Positions 29,332-38,379 of a stretch of DNA of 64,000 nt are shown in pieces. Below the pieces are notes generated by a model. That model saw nothing but the letters and a program-made list of their open reading frames with translations. It did no database searches and was not told the origin of the DNA. This DNA is from Candidatus Aenigmatarchaeota archaeon (GTDB taxonomy: Archaea; Aenigmatarchaeota; Aenigmatarchaeia; JACPZZ01), in the NCBI GenBank assembly GCA_043801595.1, contig JAZDLW010000022.1:1-64000 (forward strand), in the 5' to 3' direction. The position numbers and the translations under genes were made by a program. Numbering within the stretch: position 1 is the first letter of the stretch; each line of letters starts with the position of its first letter.

Positions 29332-29853
29332 CAAAAGCACGATTAAAAACCAGAGGGCGCCGAACGAAGGGACGTTTGACGTGTTAACGCTGGATTTTAT
29401 GCGGAATGAAAAGTTGTCCTTGTTGTCAAGGATGTTGACAGCCATTATGTCGAAGTCTATTTCGCTGTTTTTCGACACGAGACCAGTCAGCGTAATCGCA
29501 GCCGATGCGGCATTGCCGTGCGGTACCAAAACGGTCGGCGCAGACGCCACCATGGACACCTCTGCGGTGAAATTCGGATAATATTTTATGGCGTACGTTT
29601 TGTCTACAAGTCCGTTGTTCGCTATCCTCGCATTTACGACAGTGCTACCATCCAGAGGCACGAGAACGTTTGCAATATTTACAGCGTCTATGAAACAGAC
29701 GTTTGTACAAAAATTTTCCGTGTCTGCGTAAACTCCTCCAGCCATTAAGCGCGATATCAGGCCGTTTTGCCATGCATAGGCCGCTCCGACTAGGACAACA
29801 GCACCCAGCGTAAGCATTATGATCGATATTACGTTTGTAACTCCCTTTGTCAT
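29296..29853 (-). CDS. Pilin-like protein with class III signal peptide and a C-terminal PEF/PGF-CTERM-like anchor
   Basis: MTKG|VTNVISIIML...AAYAW; C-terminus VPSFGALWFLIVLLSSVFVVYSRSE. Confidence 0.65.
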   Translation of the reverse strand: MTKGVTNVISIIMLTLGAVVLVGAAYAWQNGLISRLMAGGVYADTENFCTNVCFIDAVNIANVLVPLDGSTVVNARIANNGLVDKTYAIKYYPNFTAEVSMVASAPTVLVPHGNAASAAITLTGLVSKNSEIDFDIMAVNILDNKDNFSFRIKSSVNTSNVPSFGALWFLIVLLSSVFVVYSRSE

Positions 29854-29917
29854 CGCAGCGCCCTTGAAGAAATCAAAACATAGGAAACCGAATAAAAAAA
29901 ATAAAAACCGGCCGGCT

Positions 29918-30124
29918 CTATCGTGAGCCGAGCCTTCTGCCTTTAACGAATTTCCACAGCTTCTTTGTCATCTCGCTGGGAGCTATCGGGTTGCGCCCAA
30001 ACACCTGTTCAAGTGTTTCTTTGCGTCCGTTGAAGTTTATTGAATATCCGCCAAAAGGTTTTTTACCTCTGGTTTTTTTCGCAGGCTTCTTTGCAGCCTT
30101 GGTTTTTTTGAAAATCCCAAACAT
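29918..30124 (-). CDS. Small SWIB/MDM2-like protein with Lys-rich N-terminus
   Basis: LEQVFGRNPIAPSEMTKKLWKFVK resembles the SWIB core; GGGAGG RBS upstream. Confidence 0.7.
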   Translation of the reverse strand: MFGIFKKTKAAKKPAKKTRGKKPFGGYSINFNGRKETLEQVFGRNPIAPSEMTKKLWKFVKGRRLGSR

Positions 30125-30211
30125 TTGTTTTCCTCCCTATGTTTTACGCCGACCTTGAGCCGACTAATTAATAACGGTTTTCAGAGAATATAAATCAACG
30201 GCGAATCAAAC

Positions 30212-31162
30212 TTATGCGCCGCCGATCGTTTCGATGTTTTTCTCGACTTCCTCTTCTATGCCGAGCTTGTTTACGATCTCTTTGTATCTGTTGCGGATTG
30301 TGACCTCGGTCACGCCAACCACATCGGCAACTTCGCGCTGCGTTCTTCGTTCGCCGCACAATACGGCCGCTATGTACAACGCGGCTGCAGCGACACCGGT
30401 CGGGCCTTTGCCGGATGTGACGTCGAACTTACTCGCCTTTTCCAGTACGTCGATAGCACGAGCCTGGACTTTGTCATTAAGATTCAGCATCGACGCGAAG
30501 CGCGGTATGTAATCCTGCGGTTTTGCGGGCAATATTCTGATCCCGATTTCGCGTGAAACGTAACGGTACGTCTTTCCGATTTCGCGTTTCTCAACACCTG
30601 ACGCCTCTGCTATTTCGTCCAAAGTTCTGGGAGTGTTATATTCGCGGCACATCGCATACATCAACGCTGCGATTACGGATTCCATTGAGCGCCCTCTGAC
30701 AAGGCCTTTGTCTACGGCCTGTTCGTACAATTGCGCGACTTGTTCATGAACGCTTTTTGACAAACCGAGGAAAGAAACCAGTCTTTGGAGTTCTGATAAA
30801 GCATATGACAAGTTTCTGTCTTTGCTTTCGATGAGCCTTTTGTGCCATTTTTGCAGCCTGTAATATTGCGCGCGCTTCTTTGTTGAGACTTTGAAAAGTT
30901 CGCCAGGCCCCTTTCCGATTTCGGTTGTCATGCCTTTGTCGTGTTTGGTGTGCGTCAGCGGAGCGCCGGTGCGTGCACGCTTGGAGCGTTGCTCCTCGTC
31001 GAATGCGCGCCATTCCTGGGTCATGTCTATCATTGATTCTTTTACCACAAGGCCGCATTTCATGCACACCAATTCAGCACGGCTTGAGTCCTCAGACAAT
31101 CGCTTTGAGCCGCATTCCGGACAAACGAGTTCTTTCTTTTTTTCCTCTTTTTTGATCATCAT
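30212..31162 (-). CDS. tfb: Transcription initiation factor IIB
   Basis: CPECGS..C..CG zinc ribbon, EWRAF, two cyclin repeats, VTEVTIRNRYKE. Confidence 0.98.
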   Translation of the reverse strand: MMIKKEEKKKELVCPECGSKRLSEDSSRAELVCMKCGLVVKESMIDMTQEWRAFDEEQRSKRARTGAPLTHTKHDKGMTTEIGKGPGELFKVSTKKRAQYYRLQKWHKRLIESKDRNLSYALSELQRLVSFLGLSKSVHEQVAQLYEQAVDKGLVRGRSMESVIAALMYAMCREYNTPRTLDEIAEASGVEKREIGKTYRYVSREIGIRILPAKPQDYIPRFASMLNLNDKVQARAIDVLEKASKFDVTSGKGPTGVAAAALYIAAVLCGERRTQREVADVVGVTEVTIRNRYKEIVNKLGIEEEVEKNIETIGGA

Positions 31163-31341
31163 AGCAGTTCCTCAATAAGCAGTTATAGCTAAATAGTCTT
31201 CGCAGTTAAGTATTTAAGCTTTTGGGTGTTTATAAGCCGCTGCGCACAACGAGTTTCGATACAGGTCGGTTTTGACCGTATTGCGGCGTAAACGAACCAA
31301 CGTATATAAATTCCAGTTTTCAATGTAGATTTGGCGAAAAT

Positions 31342-31545
31342 ATGGCAGGTTCTTTCCCTTCGGCTCCTTTAGAAAGGATTGCGCGCAAGGCTGGTGCAGA
31401 ACGCGTTTCGGCGTCTGCGGTTGAGGCGTTAAACGAAATTTTGACTGAGATTGCCGAACAGATCGCAAAAGAGGCTGCCGCAGTGTCGAACCATGCTGGG
31501 CGCGTGACGATTAAGCGCGATGACATAAAGCTGGCTTCGCGGTAA
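31342..31545 (+). CDS. Archaeal histone (HMf-like)
   Basis: FPSAPLERIARKAGAERVS...HAGRVTIKRDDIKLA. Confidence 0.96.
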   Translation: MAGSFPSAPLERIARKAGAERVSASAVEALNEILTEIAEQIAKEAAAVSNHAGRVTIKRDDIKLASR

Positions 31546-32244
31546 TCACCGAAGCTTTACTTCTCCGGTAATATTTTCAAGGGACCTGATCAGCGGGTCG
31601 TCGGGTTTTTTGTGGTAGATTTCCGTGTACAGCGTTTTGATGACGCTCCGCACGTCTTCGGCCTTCAAATTTTTTTCCTTTTTCTGGAAAAAGATCATCA
31701 AGTCCATTTTCACAGGTTCGCCGTTGCTGTAAGACGGTTGCACATAGTTTATTTTTTCCATGGACTTGGCACCGAATCTCCTGCGGTAATAATTCTGTCT
31801 CCTTCTGGCACTGTCAACTAAATTTTTCGGCACACCCTCTTCTGTGTCGACTTCACCAATGAAGCCAAGAGAATTTTTTAATCTGGATCTGAAGCGCTTC
31901 TTGAAAAACTTGATGAATTTACTGCCTAAATCCTTGTTCCTGTATTCGGGGATTGTTGCCAAATAATTTCCAAAAACGAAATTCGGGAAAGTCTTTACTA
32001 TGGCCATGCCAATTACATCGCAGCCCTTCTTCGATACGAACAGGTGATAATTCGGATCGGATTTTATCCGGTGGGCTATTTCCTCGGGCGGTGCAAGCTC
32101 TTCCGGAGGAAACGATTTTTTATATATGTCCATGGCATTGCTAAAATCGTTGCCCGAAGCGTTTCTGGTTTCATAGATCCTTACGCGCGCGCCCAGATAT
32201 TTTTTTTCTAGATAATTCCTCACACCGGAGATATTCAACGACAT
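31546..32244 (-). CDS. GNAT-family acetyltransferase
   Basis: IYKKSFPPEE, YLATIPEYRNKDLGS, YVQP; start at MSLNISG inferred. Confidence 0.8.
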   Translation of the reverse strand: MSLNISGVRNYLEKKYLGARVRIYETRNASGNDFSNAMDIYKKSFPPEELAPPEEIAHRIKSDPNYHLFVSKKGCDVIGMAIVKTFPNFVFGNYLATIPEYRNKDLGSKFIKFFKKRFRSRLKNSLGFIGEVDTEEGVPKNLVDSARRRQNYYRRRFGAKSMEKINYVQPSYSNGEPVKMDLMIFFQKKEKNLKAEDVRSVIKTLYTEIYHKKPDDPLIRSLENITGEVKLR

Positions 32245-32313
32245 GATAACAGTAACAAATTGAATACATTTAAACATGCAGTGATCATAATGTTTATTGA
32301 TTTGTGATATAGC

Positions 32314-32715
32314 ATGGCTGAAACTACAACAACTTCGATAAAACACCTTAAACCGGGTCAGTTCGTTCTTATTGACGGCGAAGTATGCCGCGTAGCGAGC
32401 ATCGACATGTCGAAATCAGGAAAGCACGGTTCAGCGAAAGCGAGGATGGAGGCCAATGGCGTTTTTGACGGGCGAAGAAGATCAATAGTAAAACCGGCGG
32501 ATTCCGAGATCGATGTCCCGATCATACTGAAAAAAATCGGGCAGGTGCTTGCCATTTCCGGAAGCATAGCACAGATGATGGACATGCAGGATTATTCGCA
32601 GTTTGAAGCGGAAATACCGGACGAGCTTAAAGCCGAAATCAAGGAAGGAAGCGAAGTTTCGTACTGGGAAGTGACCGGTAGAAAGATATTGCGCGAAGTC
32701 AAGAGCGAATCCTAA
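32314..32715 (+). CDS. eif5a: Translation factor aIF5A
   Basis: SKSGKHGSAK hypusination motif. Confidence 0.97.
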   Translation: MAETTTTSIKHLKPGQFVLIDGEVCRVASIDMSKSGKHGSAKARMEANGVFDGRRRSIVKPADSEIDVPIILKKIGQVLAISGSIAQMMDMQDYSQFEAEIPDELKAEIKEGSEVSYWEVTGRKILREVKSES

Positions 32716-32717
32716 AA

Positions 32718-33593
32718 TTATATTTTACTTTTTAGCTGTGCCATAGTTTCCATGAAAAATTTCGAGGCTGTCATTTCTGTAACATTGTTGTCCGGGAGCG
32801 GACGCAACTCGACTATATCCATGCCCACTATTTTTTTGGCGTTTTTTAAAACTTTTATCAGTTCCAAAGCCTCGTGATACAAAATACCGTCCGGTTCGGG
32901 CGTTCCTACGCCAGGCGCGATTCCCGGGTCAAAACCGTCCATGTCTATTGTTATGTAAACGTTCGAGTCTTTGACGAAATTTTCCAATTTTTTCTTTGCA
33001 GCGCCAAAATCTTCGCGCAGCTGGTAGCGGAATATGATATTGTCCTTGAACTTCATGTTTGCTGCCGGCGACGCCCTTATTCCGATTCCAAGGATGTTTC
33101 TGTTTCCGATCTTGTCAGCACAAAGGTGCATTGCGCAGGCGTGATCAAACTTGCTTCCCTCGAACTCTTCACGCATGTCGTCGTGGGCGTCTATTTGCAC
33201 GACTTTCAGATCCTTGAATTTTTCCGCACATGCCCACACACAACCAGCGGTTAAAGTGTGCTCGCCGCCGATCATTACCGGAAATTTATTTTTCTTCAGA
33301 ATGTGCGCTGTCTGCTCCTGAACCCGCTTAATGGTCGCTTCGGCGCTTTCCTTGACAACTTCCAATTCGCCCAGATCGAAGAAGCCTATGTCGAGAAGGT
33401 TCGTGTTGGTCTTGATGTCGTAAACTTCGTTCTGCACAAATGCTTCGCGAAATACCTTCGGACCAAACCTGCTTCCTGAAAGATAACATACGGTAGCATC
33501 GAATGGCGCACCGAAAAACCACACCCTGCACTTTTTCGGATCCGGAACGTATCCGGGCGCGTTCAGTCCCATCGGATATAGAAGGTCTGACAT
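32718..33593 (-). CDS. speB: Agmatinase
   Basis: GGEH, DAHDD, DMDGFDP..APGVGTPEP. Confidence 0.93.
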   Translation of the reverse strand: MSDLLYPMGLNAPGYVPDPKKCRVWFFGAPFDATVCYLSGSRFGPKVFREAFVQNEVYDIKTNTNLLDIGFFDLGELEVVKESAEATIKRVQEQTAHILKKNKFPVMIGGEHTLTAGCVWACAEKFKDLKVVQIDAHDDMREEFEGSKFDHACAMHLCADKIGNRNILGIGIRASPAANMKFKDNIIFRYQLREDFGAAKKKLENFVKDSNVYITIDMDGFDPGIAPGVGTPEPDGILYHEALELIKVLKNAKKIVGMDIVELRPLPDNNVTEMTASKFFMETMAQLKSKI

Positions 33594-33745
33594 GTATTGA
33601 GTTGTGGTGCGCAGGATTTAAATTTATATTGCCGTACACGCCGTTTCAGCGGTCGTACAGTTCACGGTTCAAACCGGATATCATGCCCTGTTTATGACGG
33701 CAAAGTTATTTAAATTGCAGCCAAGATCTGATATTACGTGATATT

Positions 33746-34246
33746 TTGTCCGATAACAACCGTCCGGATTTTGACGAATATTTCATGAGAATCGCAGTTG
33801 AAGTCGCGTCGCGTGCAACATGCCTGCGGCGTCACGTGGGTGCGGTAATGGTAAAAGATAAGCGAATAATTTCTACAGGCTACAACGGTTCGCCTTCAGG
33901 AGCGCTGCATTGTACTGATATTGGGTGTTTGTTGGCTAAGCGTGACGACGAGGACGGATCAACGAAAGAACATTGTATACGCACAGTTCATGCAGAGGAG
34001 AACGCGATTCTCCATGCTGCGAGACACGGGGTAAGCACCGAAGGTGCTACGATTTACGTTACAGCAGGCCCGCCGTGCGTCGCGTGCGCGAAAAACCTGA
34101 TAAATGCGGGCGTAAAGAGAATAGTCTATGTCGGAAATTATCCGGGTGAGCATGCTGTCAAATTTTTGAAGGCTGCGAATGTAGAACTCGTTCCGATTGA
34201 ACAGTCGATTATCAAAACGAAGCGAATCGATCCTCTTTGTTTCTGA
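33746..34246 (+). CDS. dCMP deaminase family protein
   Basis: RATCLRRHVGA, TGYNG, HAEENA, PCVAC. Confidence 0.93.
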   Translation: MSDNNRPDFDEYFMRIAVEVASRATCLRRHVGAVMVKDKRIISTGYNGSPSGALHCTDIGCLLAKRDDEDGSTKEHCIRTVHAEENAILHAARHGVSTEGATIYVTAGPPCVACAKNLINAGVKRIVYVGNYPGEHAVKFLKAANVELVPIEQSIIKTKRIDPLCF

Positions 34247-34262
34247 TAAACAGATTTAATCT

Positions 34263-34291
34263 AAGCCTTTTCCAAAAGGCTTAAGCGAAAA
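34263..34291 (+). repeat. Empty host hairpin repeat AAGCCTTTT-CC-AAAAGGCTT-AAGCGAAAA
   Basis: Same architecture as the hairpins that host the double-hairpin element elsewhere, but without an insert. Confidence 0.65.
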
Positions 34292-34335
34292 GAGAATGGA
34301 AGAACGTTTAATCAGGAAAGACGCGTTATCATGGT

Positions 34336-34968
34336 ATGAAAGGCCAGTTTTTCCCGTATGCAGACTCTATAAAAACGAAAAAATTCCCGCTTGTTACGTA
34401 TTCATTGATCGCCGCGAACATAATCATATTTATCGCCAGCTTGACCGATTTCGAGAATATAATAAATTTTTTCGGCTTTGTCCCAGCGCTGTTTCCGTCA
34501 ATGCACACGATCATAACAATATTTACATCGATGTTCCTGCATGCGGGAATAGACCATATATTCGGTAACATGTGGTATTTGTGGATTTTCGGCGACAATG
34601 TCGAGGATAAGCTTGGAAGAGTGAACTTTATCGGCCTGTATTTTTTGTCGGGCATAGCGGCTAATTTTGTCCAATATGTCGTTGATACATCCTCGATAAT
34701 CCCGTCGATCGGCGCTTCGGGAGCGATATCTGGAATACTCGGAAGCTATCTGATACTGTTTCCGAAAGCGTCGATAAAAACATCCACAGGTCTGGCGCTT
34801 GTGGATTATCCGGCATGGCTTGTGATAGGTTTGTGGTTTGTAATGCAGCTGTTTTTCGGCTTCGCTTCTCTTGCCGGGTCGGGCGGAAGCAACATAGCTT
34901 TCTGGGCCCACATAGGAGGATTCGTTTTCGGTTACGTTGCTACAAAGGCTGTTAAGAAATTACGATAA
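34336..34968 (+). CDS. Rhomboid intramembrane serine protease
   Basis: SMFLHAGIDHIFGNM, GASGAI, AHIGG. Confidence 0.95.
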   Translation: MKGQFFPYADSIKTKKFPLVTYSLIAANIIIFIASLTDFENIINFFGFVPALFPSMHTIITIFTSMFLHAGIDHIFGNMWYLWIFGDNVEDKLGRVNFIGLYFLSGIAANFVQYVVDTSSIIPSIGASGAISGILGSYLILFPKASIKTSTGLALVDYPAWLVIGLWFVMQLFFGFASLAGSGGSNIAFWAHIGGFVFGYVATKAVKKLR

Positions 34969-34992
34969 ATAGAGGGGAGTGTTAAATTAATT

Positions 34993-36369
34993 ATGGAAAA
35001 AGTTATCCGGCGGGTTCTTAGGAAAATTTCTCCGAGCAAAAAGGAAAGCGATGATATCAGAAAGATTTCGCTGTCTTTTCTCGGGGCTGTCCGCAAATAT
35101 GCAGACAAATATTCAGCCGAAACCATACTGGCCGGATCGATAACGAGAAACACATGGCTGAAAGACAAAAAGGAAATTGACATATTCATAGCATTGCCGG
35201 AAAGTGTCAGCGAGTCGCAGCTTGAGAAGATAGGTTTGTCGGTTGGAAAGGCCGCGATAAAATCGCTTGGTGGGCGTTATGTAATCTCATTTGCTCAGCA
35301 TCCGTATGTCCGGGGCAGGGTCGGAAAATACGAGGTCGATATTGTGCCGTGCTACAATCTTTCGTCAGCCGAAAAAATAAAATCCGCTGTTGACCGCACG
35401 CCATTTCATGTGAGATTTATTGAGAATAACATGGACTCAAAGCAATCCGATGACGTAAGATTGTTAAAGCAATTCTGCAAATCAATCGGGGTTTACGGCG
35501 CAGACTTGAAAACCGAGGGCATTCCGGGTTATCTGTGCGATCTGCTTGTTATAAAGTACGGATCGTTTGCAAGCGCAATCAAGGCGATTTCGGAATGGAA
35601 ACCGGGCCATGCGATAAGATTTAACGATGCGAAAAGCGATTCGAAATTCGAACAGCAGCCGTTTATACTAATCGATCCTGTTGATCCGAAAAGAAACGTG
35701 GCAGCAGCGTTGTCGCCGCGAAACTTTGAAAAACTTGTGCGCAGCGCGAACGCATTCTGCGAAAAACCGTCGGAAAAGTTTTTTTCAATCCAGGCGAAAA
35801 GGCCGATGGAAAAATACGAGTTCGTAAAGTTGATCAAGGCGAGGAAAACAAGGGTGATTTCGATAACGTTCAAGCCTCCAAAAACCGTTCCGGATATTTT
35901 GTGGCCGCAGCTAAGGCGCGCGACGGAAAGGATAGCAGGCATGCTCAGGGAAAACGATTTCCGCGCAATGAAGCATGCATCGTGGACTGACGAAAATAAA
36001 ACGGCGGTAATTTTGCTTGAGATGGAGGTTTTTCGATTACCCGATGTCAAAAAAATGACAGGGCCGTCGGTGTTTGCGCACGCCAATGCGCGCAACTTCA
36101 TCGAGCGATACGACGTTAGCAACACGAAGCCATACATCGAGGGCGTTAACTGGATGGCGGAGATAAAAAGGAAATATACAGATGCGTCGGCTTACGTCAA
36201 AATAAAACTCAGCCAAAACAGGAAAACGTTGGCTGACATGGGAATTCCGAGCCACATTGCAGACGCGATGTCCGGCGGATTTAAAGTGAACGAAGACGGA
36301 GATTTATACGAGGTAATAAATTCCAACAAAGGCGCGAAGGCATTTGTAAGGGATTTTTTCGGACGTTGA
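34993..36369 (+). CDS. cca: Archaeal class I CCA-adding enzyme
   Basis: GSITRNTWL..EIDIF, AQHPY, DIVPC, SAVDRTPFH, DPVDPKRNVAAA. Confidence 0.96.
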   Translation: MEKVIRRVLRKISPSKKESDDIRKISLSFLGAVRKYADKYSAETILAGSITRNTWLKDKKEIDIFIALPESVSESQLEKIGLSVGKAAIKSLGGRYVISFAQHPYVRGRVGKYEVDIVPCYNLSSAEKIKSAVDRTPFHVRFIENNMDSKQSDDVRLLKQFCKSIGVYGADLKTEGIPGYLCDLLVIKYGSFASAIKAISEWKPGHAIRFNDAKSDSKFEQQPFILIDPVDPKRNVAAALSPRNFEKLVRSANAFCEKPSEKFFSIQAKRPMEKYEFVKLIKARKTRVISITFKPPKTVPDILWPQLRRATERIAGMLRENDFRAMKHASWTDENKTAVILLEMEVFRLPDVKKMTGPSVFAHANARNFIERYDVSNTKPYIEGVNWMAEIKRKYTDASAYVKIKLSQNRKTLADMGIPSHIADAMSGGFKVNEDGDLYEVINSNKGAKAFVRDFFGR

Positions 36370-36432
36370 TTTTGGAAAGTGAGTTTTGCCCAACTATGAT
36401 AACAATTTAATATAACACGCACAACTCACCTT

Positions 36433-37332
36433 ATGGAGATAGTATTTCTCGGGACTGGGTCCGGAATTCCGTCGAAAGAACGGAACCATCCAGGCATACT
36501 CCTGAAATACGAAGGCGACCAACTTTTGTGGGATTGCGGCGAAGGAATACAACGACAACTCGCATTAGCCGGGGAAAGTTTCATGAAAATAAACAACATT
36601 TTCATAACACACTGGCATGCCGACCATTTTGCCGGGCTTATCGGAATATTGCAGTCCATGAATCTTGAAGGACGCAAGAAGACGTTAACAATACACGGGC
36701 CAGAATCGGAATTGTTTGTCGATGCCATACTCGAGCTGGGGCACTGGGGCGTCGGGTTCAACGTAAAGGCAAATGATTTAACTTTTGAGGGAAGCGAAAC
36801 CGAGACGGTTTTAAAAACCGAAGAGTTTTCGGTGTATTCAATACCGGTTGTGCATACTGTGCCTGCGGTTGCGTACTGCTTTAAAGAAACGGACAGAGTT
36901 AATGTTGATCTTAAGAAAGCGTCGGTGTTCGGGTTGAAAGAAGGTCCGATGATCGGAAAATTAAAGGAATCTGGCAGCATCGTGTTCAAGGGCAAGAAGG
37001 TTGACCTTGAAGACGTATCGACGAAAAGAATCGGGCGCAAAATCGTTTATTCCGGCGATACCATCCCGTGCGATAATATCGCGGAGATGGCGAAAGGCGC
37101 GGATATATTGATACACGATTCGACGTTTTTGGAAGCGCAGGACAACGAAAGGAAAGAGGCGCACTCCAATGTCGAGGACGTTGCGAAGATTGCCAAGAAG
37201 GCCGATGTCAAAAAACTTGTTCTGACGCATTTCTCGAGGCGCTACAGGTCAATGAAAGAGTTCGAAGCGTCTGCGAAAAAGATATTCCCGAACACGATTG
37301 CTGCGTACGATCTGATGAGGATAAAGGTTTAG
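36433..37332 (+). CDS. rnz: Ribonuclease Z
   Basis: FLGTG, THWHADH, SGDT, HDST, THFSRRY. Confidence 0.97.
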   Translation: MEIVFLGTGSGIPSKERNHPGILLKYEGDQLLWDCGEGIQRQLALAGESFMKINNIFITHWHADHFAGLIGILQSMNLEGRKKTLTIHGPESELFVDAILELGHWGVGFNVKANDLTFEGSETETVLKTEEFSVYSIPVVHTVPAVAYCFKETDRVNVDLKKASVFGLKEGPMIGKLKESGSIVFKGKKVDLEDVSTKRIGRKIVYSGDTIPCDNIAEMAKGADILIHDSTFLEAQDNERKEAHSNVEDVAKIAKKADVKKLVLTHFSRRYRSMKEFEASAKKIFPNTIAAYDLMRIKV

Positions 37333-37345
37333 CGCGCATTCCGAC

Positions 37346-37368
37346 AACGCATACCTCGGGTATGCGTT
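37346..37368. terminator. Hairpin between the convergent rnz and trm56 genes
   Basis: AACGCATACC-TCG-GGTATGCGTT, perfect 10-bp stem. Confidence 0.45.
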
Positions 37369-37377
37369 TAGCTGCTC

Positions 37378-37896
37378 TCATATGAATTTTTTTCCGCGCT
37401 CGGACGGTTCTATTTTCCTGCGGGCGTTTTTGAAATCCTTTTCCAATTCGCTTCCATTGAAAATATGGTCGAGTGTAACAGCGATTCCGCTCACTTCGGA
37501 GTGCGGCTGGTTCGTTACTGCGACATTGTAATCGGCCATATAATACACAGCCATCGGGACTTTCTCACCGCCAGCAACAAGGAGGATTTTATCCTCTTTC
37601 CTGATTTCCTTTTCAACGTCCTGCAAGCGCAAGCCGTACATTGTCAGGTGTACGACTTTGTAACCCATCGAGGAATATCTTTTTATAACGTCATTCCACC
37701 TTTTCGCGAATTCTATCTTGAAGCTTCCGCCCCACTCGGACGAAATTTTTTCAATATTTTTCTTCAATTTCTGGTCCTCGTCGCCCACTATGATAATCTC
37801 GTCAGCTCCGAAGGCGCGCGACGCGAGAGCGCAGTGCGTAGTTATTCGTTGGTCGCGGAATATGCGATGGCCGATGCGCAATACGGAGACTTTCAT
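37378..37896 (-). CDS. tRNA (cytidine56-2'-O)-methyltransferase aTrm56
   Basis: VLRIGHR..RDQRITTH, VHLTMYG, GGEKVP, NQPHSEV; true start MKVSVL (the track extension crosses repeats and the tRNA). Confidence 0.95.
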   Translation of the reverse strand: MKVSVLRIGHRIFRDQRITTHCALASRAFGADEIIIVGDEDQKLKKNIEKISSEWGGSFKIEFAKRWNDVIKRYSSMGYKVVHLTMYGLRLQDVEKEIRKEDKILLVAGGEKVPMAVYYMADYNVAVTNQPHSEVSGIAVTLDHIFNGSELEKDFKNARRKIEPSERGKKFI

Positions 37897-37913
37897 ACCA
37901 AATCCTTTTCTTT

Positions 37914-38052
37914 CAAACTTTAAGACAGCGGTTTGCTGTGCAAACCGCGCATAGGAAACTTGGTTTCCTATGAAGTTTGAACAAACGAGAAAAGTCTTTG
38001 GACAACGAAAATCATAGATTTTCGTGCACAGGAAATCAACAGATTTTCTGTG
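37914..38052 (+). repeat. Two double-hairpin elements (37926-37972, 38003-38052)
   Basis: CAGCGGTTTGC..GCAAACCGCGCATAGGAAAC..GTTTCCTATG and CAACGAAAATC..GATTTTCGTGCACAGGAAATC..GATTTTCTGTG. Confidence 0.85.
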
Positions 38053-38071
38053 TTCCCAAAAGAAAATGAAA

Positions 38072-38233
38072 TAGCCCCGGGCGGATTCGAAATCGGCAGT
38101 GCGAAACTTTCGCTGCGCACTTCCGCCGTTTACGGGTATCGTCTGACTGAAGCATGCGTATACTAAATAGCGCATGCTTCTAGCTACTACGCCACCCAAA
38201 GCCCGCCGTGCTTGGCCGCTGCACTACGGGGCT
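38072..38233 (-). tRNA. tRNA-Gln(UUG) with two introns (37/38 and 53/54); CCA not encoded
   Basis: AGCCCCGTAGTGCAGCGGCCAAGCACGGCGGGCTTTGG[58 nt]ACCCGTAAACGGCGG[31 nt]TTCGAATCCGCCCGGGGCTA gives a 73-nt cloverleaf with A1-U72. Confidence 0.9.
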
Positions 38234-38379
38234 ATTTTTACCTAAACAGGTGCTATTTTGCATGCACCTGTTTCTAGTTGCCACGTTGATTAATTGAGAC
38301 TGCGCGTCTTAAATAACGTATCCGCGCGCTCCGGATGAATATAAAAGTTTAACCCTTTTATTACATATCAGGAGATTTT

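Noticed and set aside
31342..32244. GNAT as a histone acetyltransferase
   Set aside because: Only convergent adjacency supports it; the histone lacks a tail and the GNAT looks generic.
32314..33593. aIF5A-agmatinase linkage as a novel system
   Set aside because: This is a well-known archaeal neighbourhood tied to polyamine and hypusine metabolism.
33631..33701. tRNA-like fold with GGTTCAAACC between speB and the dCMP deaminase
   Set aside because: No valid T-stem, acceptor or anticodon geometry; short stems could be chance.
37897..38199. N-terminal extension of the 273-aa ORF 37378-38199
   Set aside because: It reads through repeat elements and the tRNA gene; aTrm56 homology starts at MKVSVL (37896).
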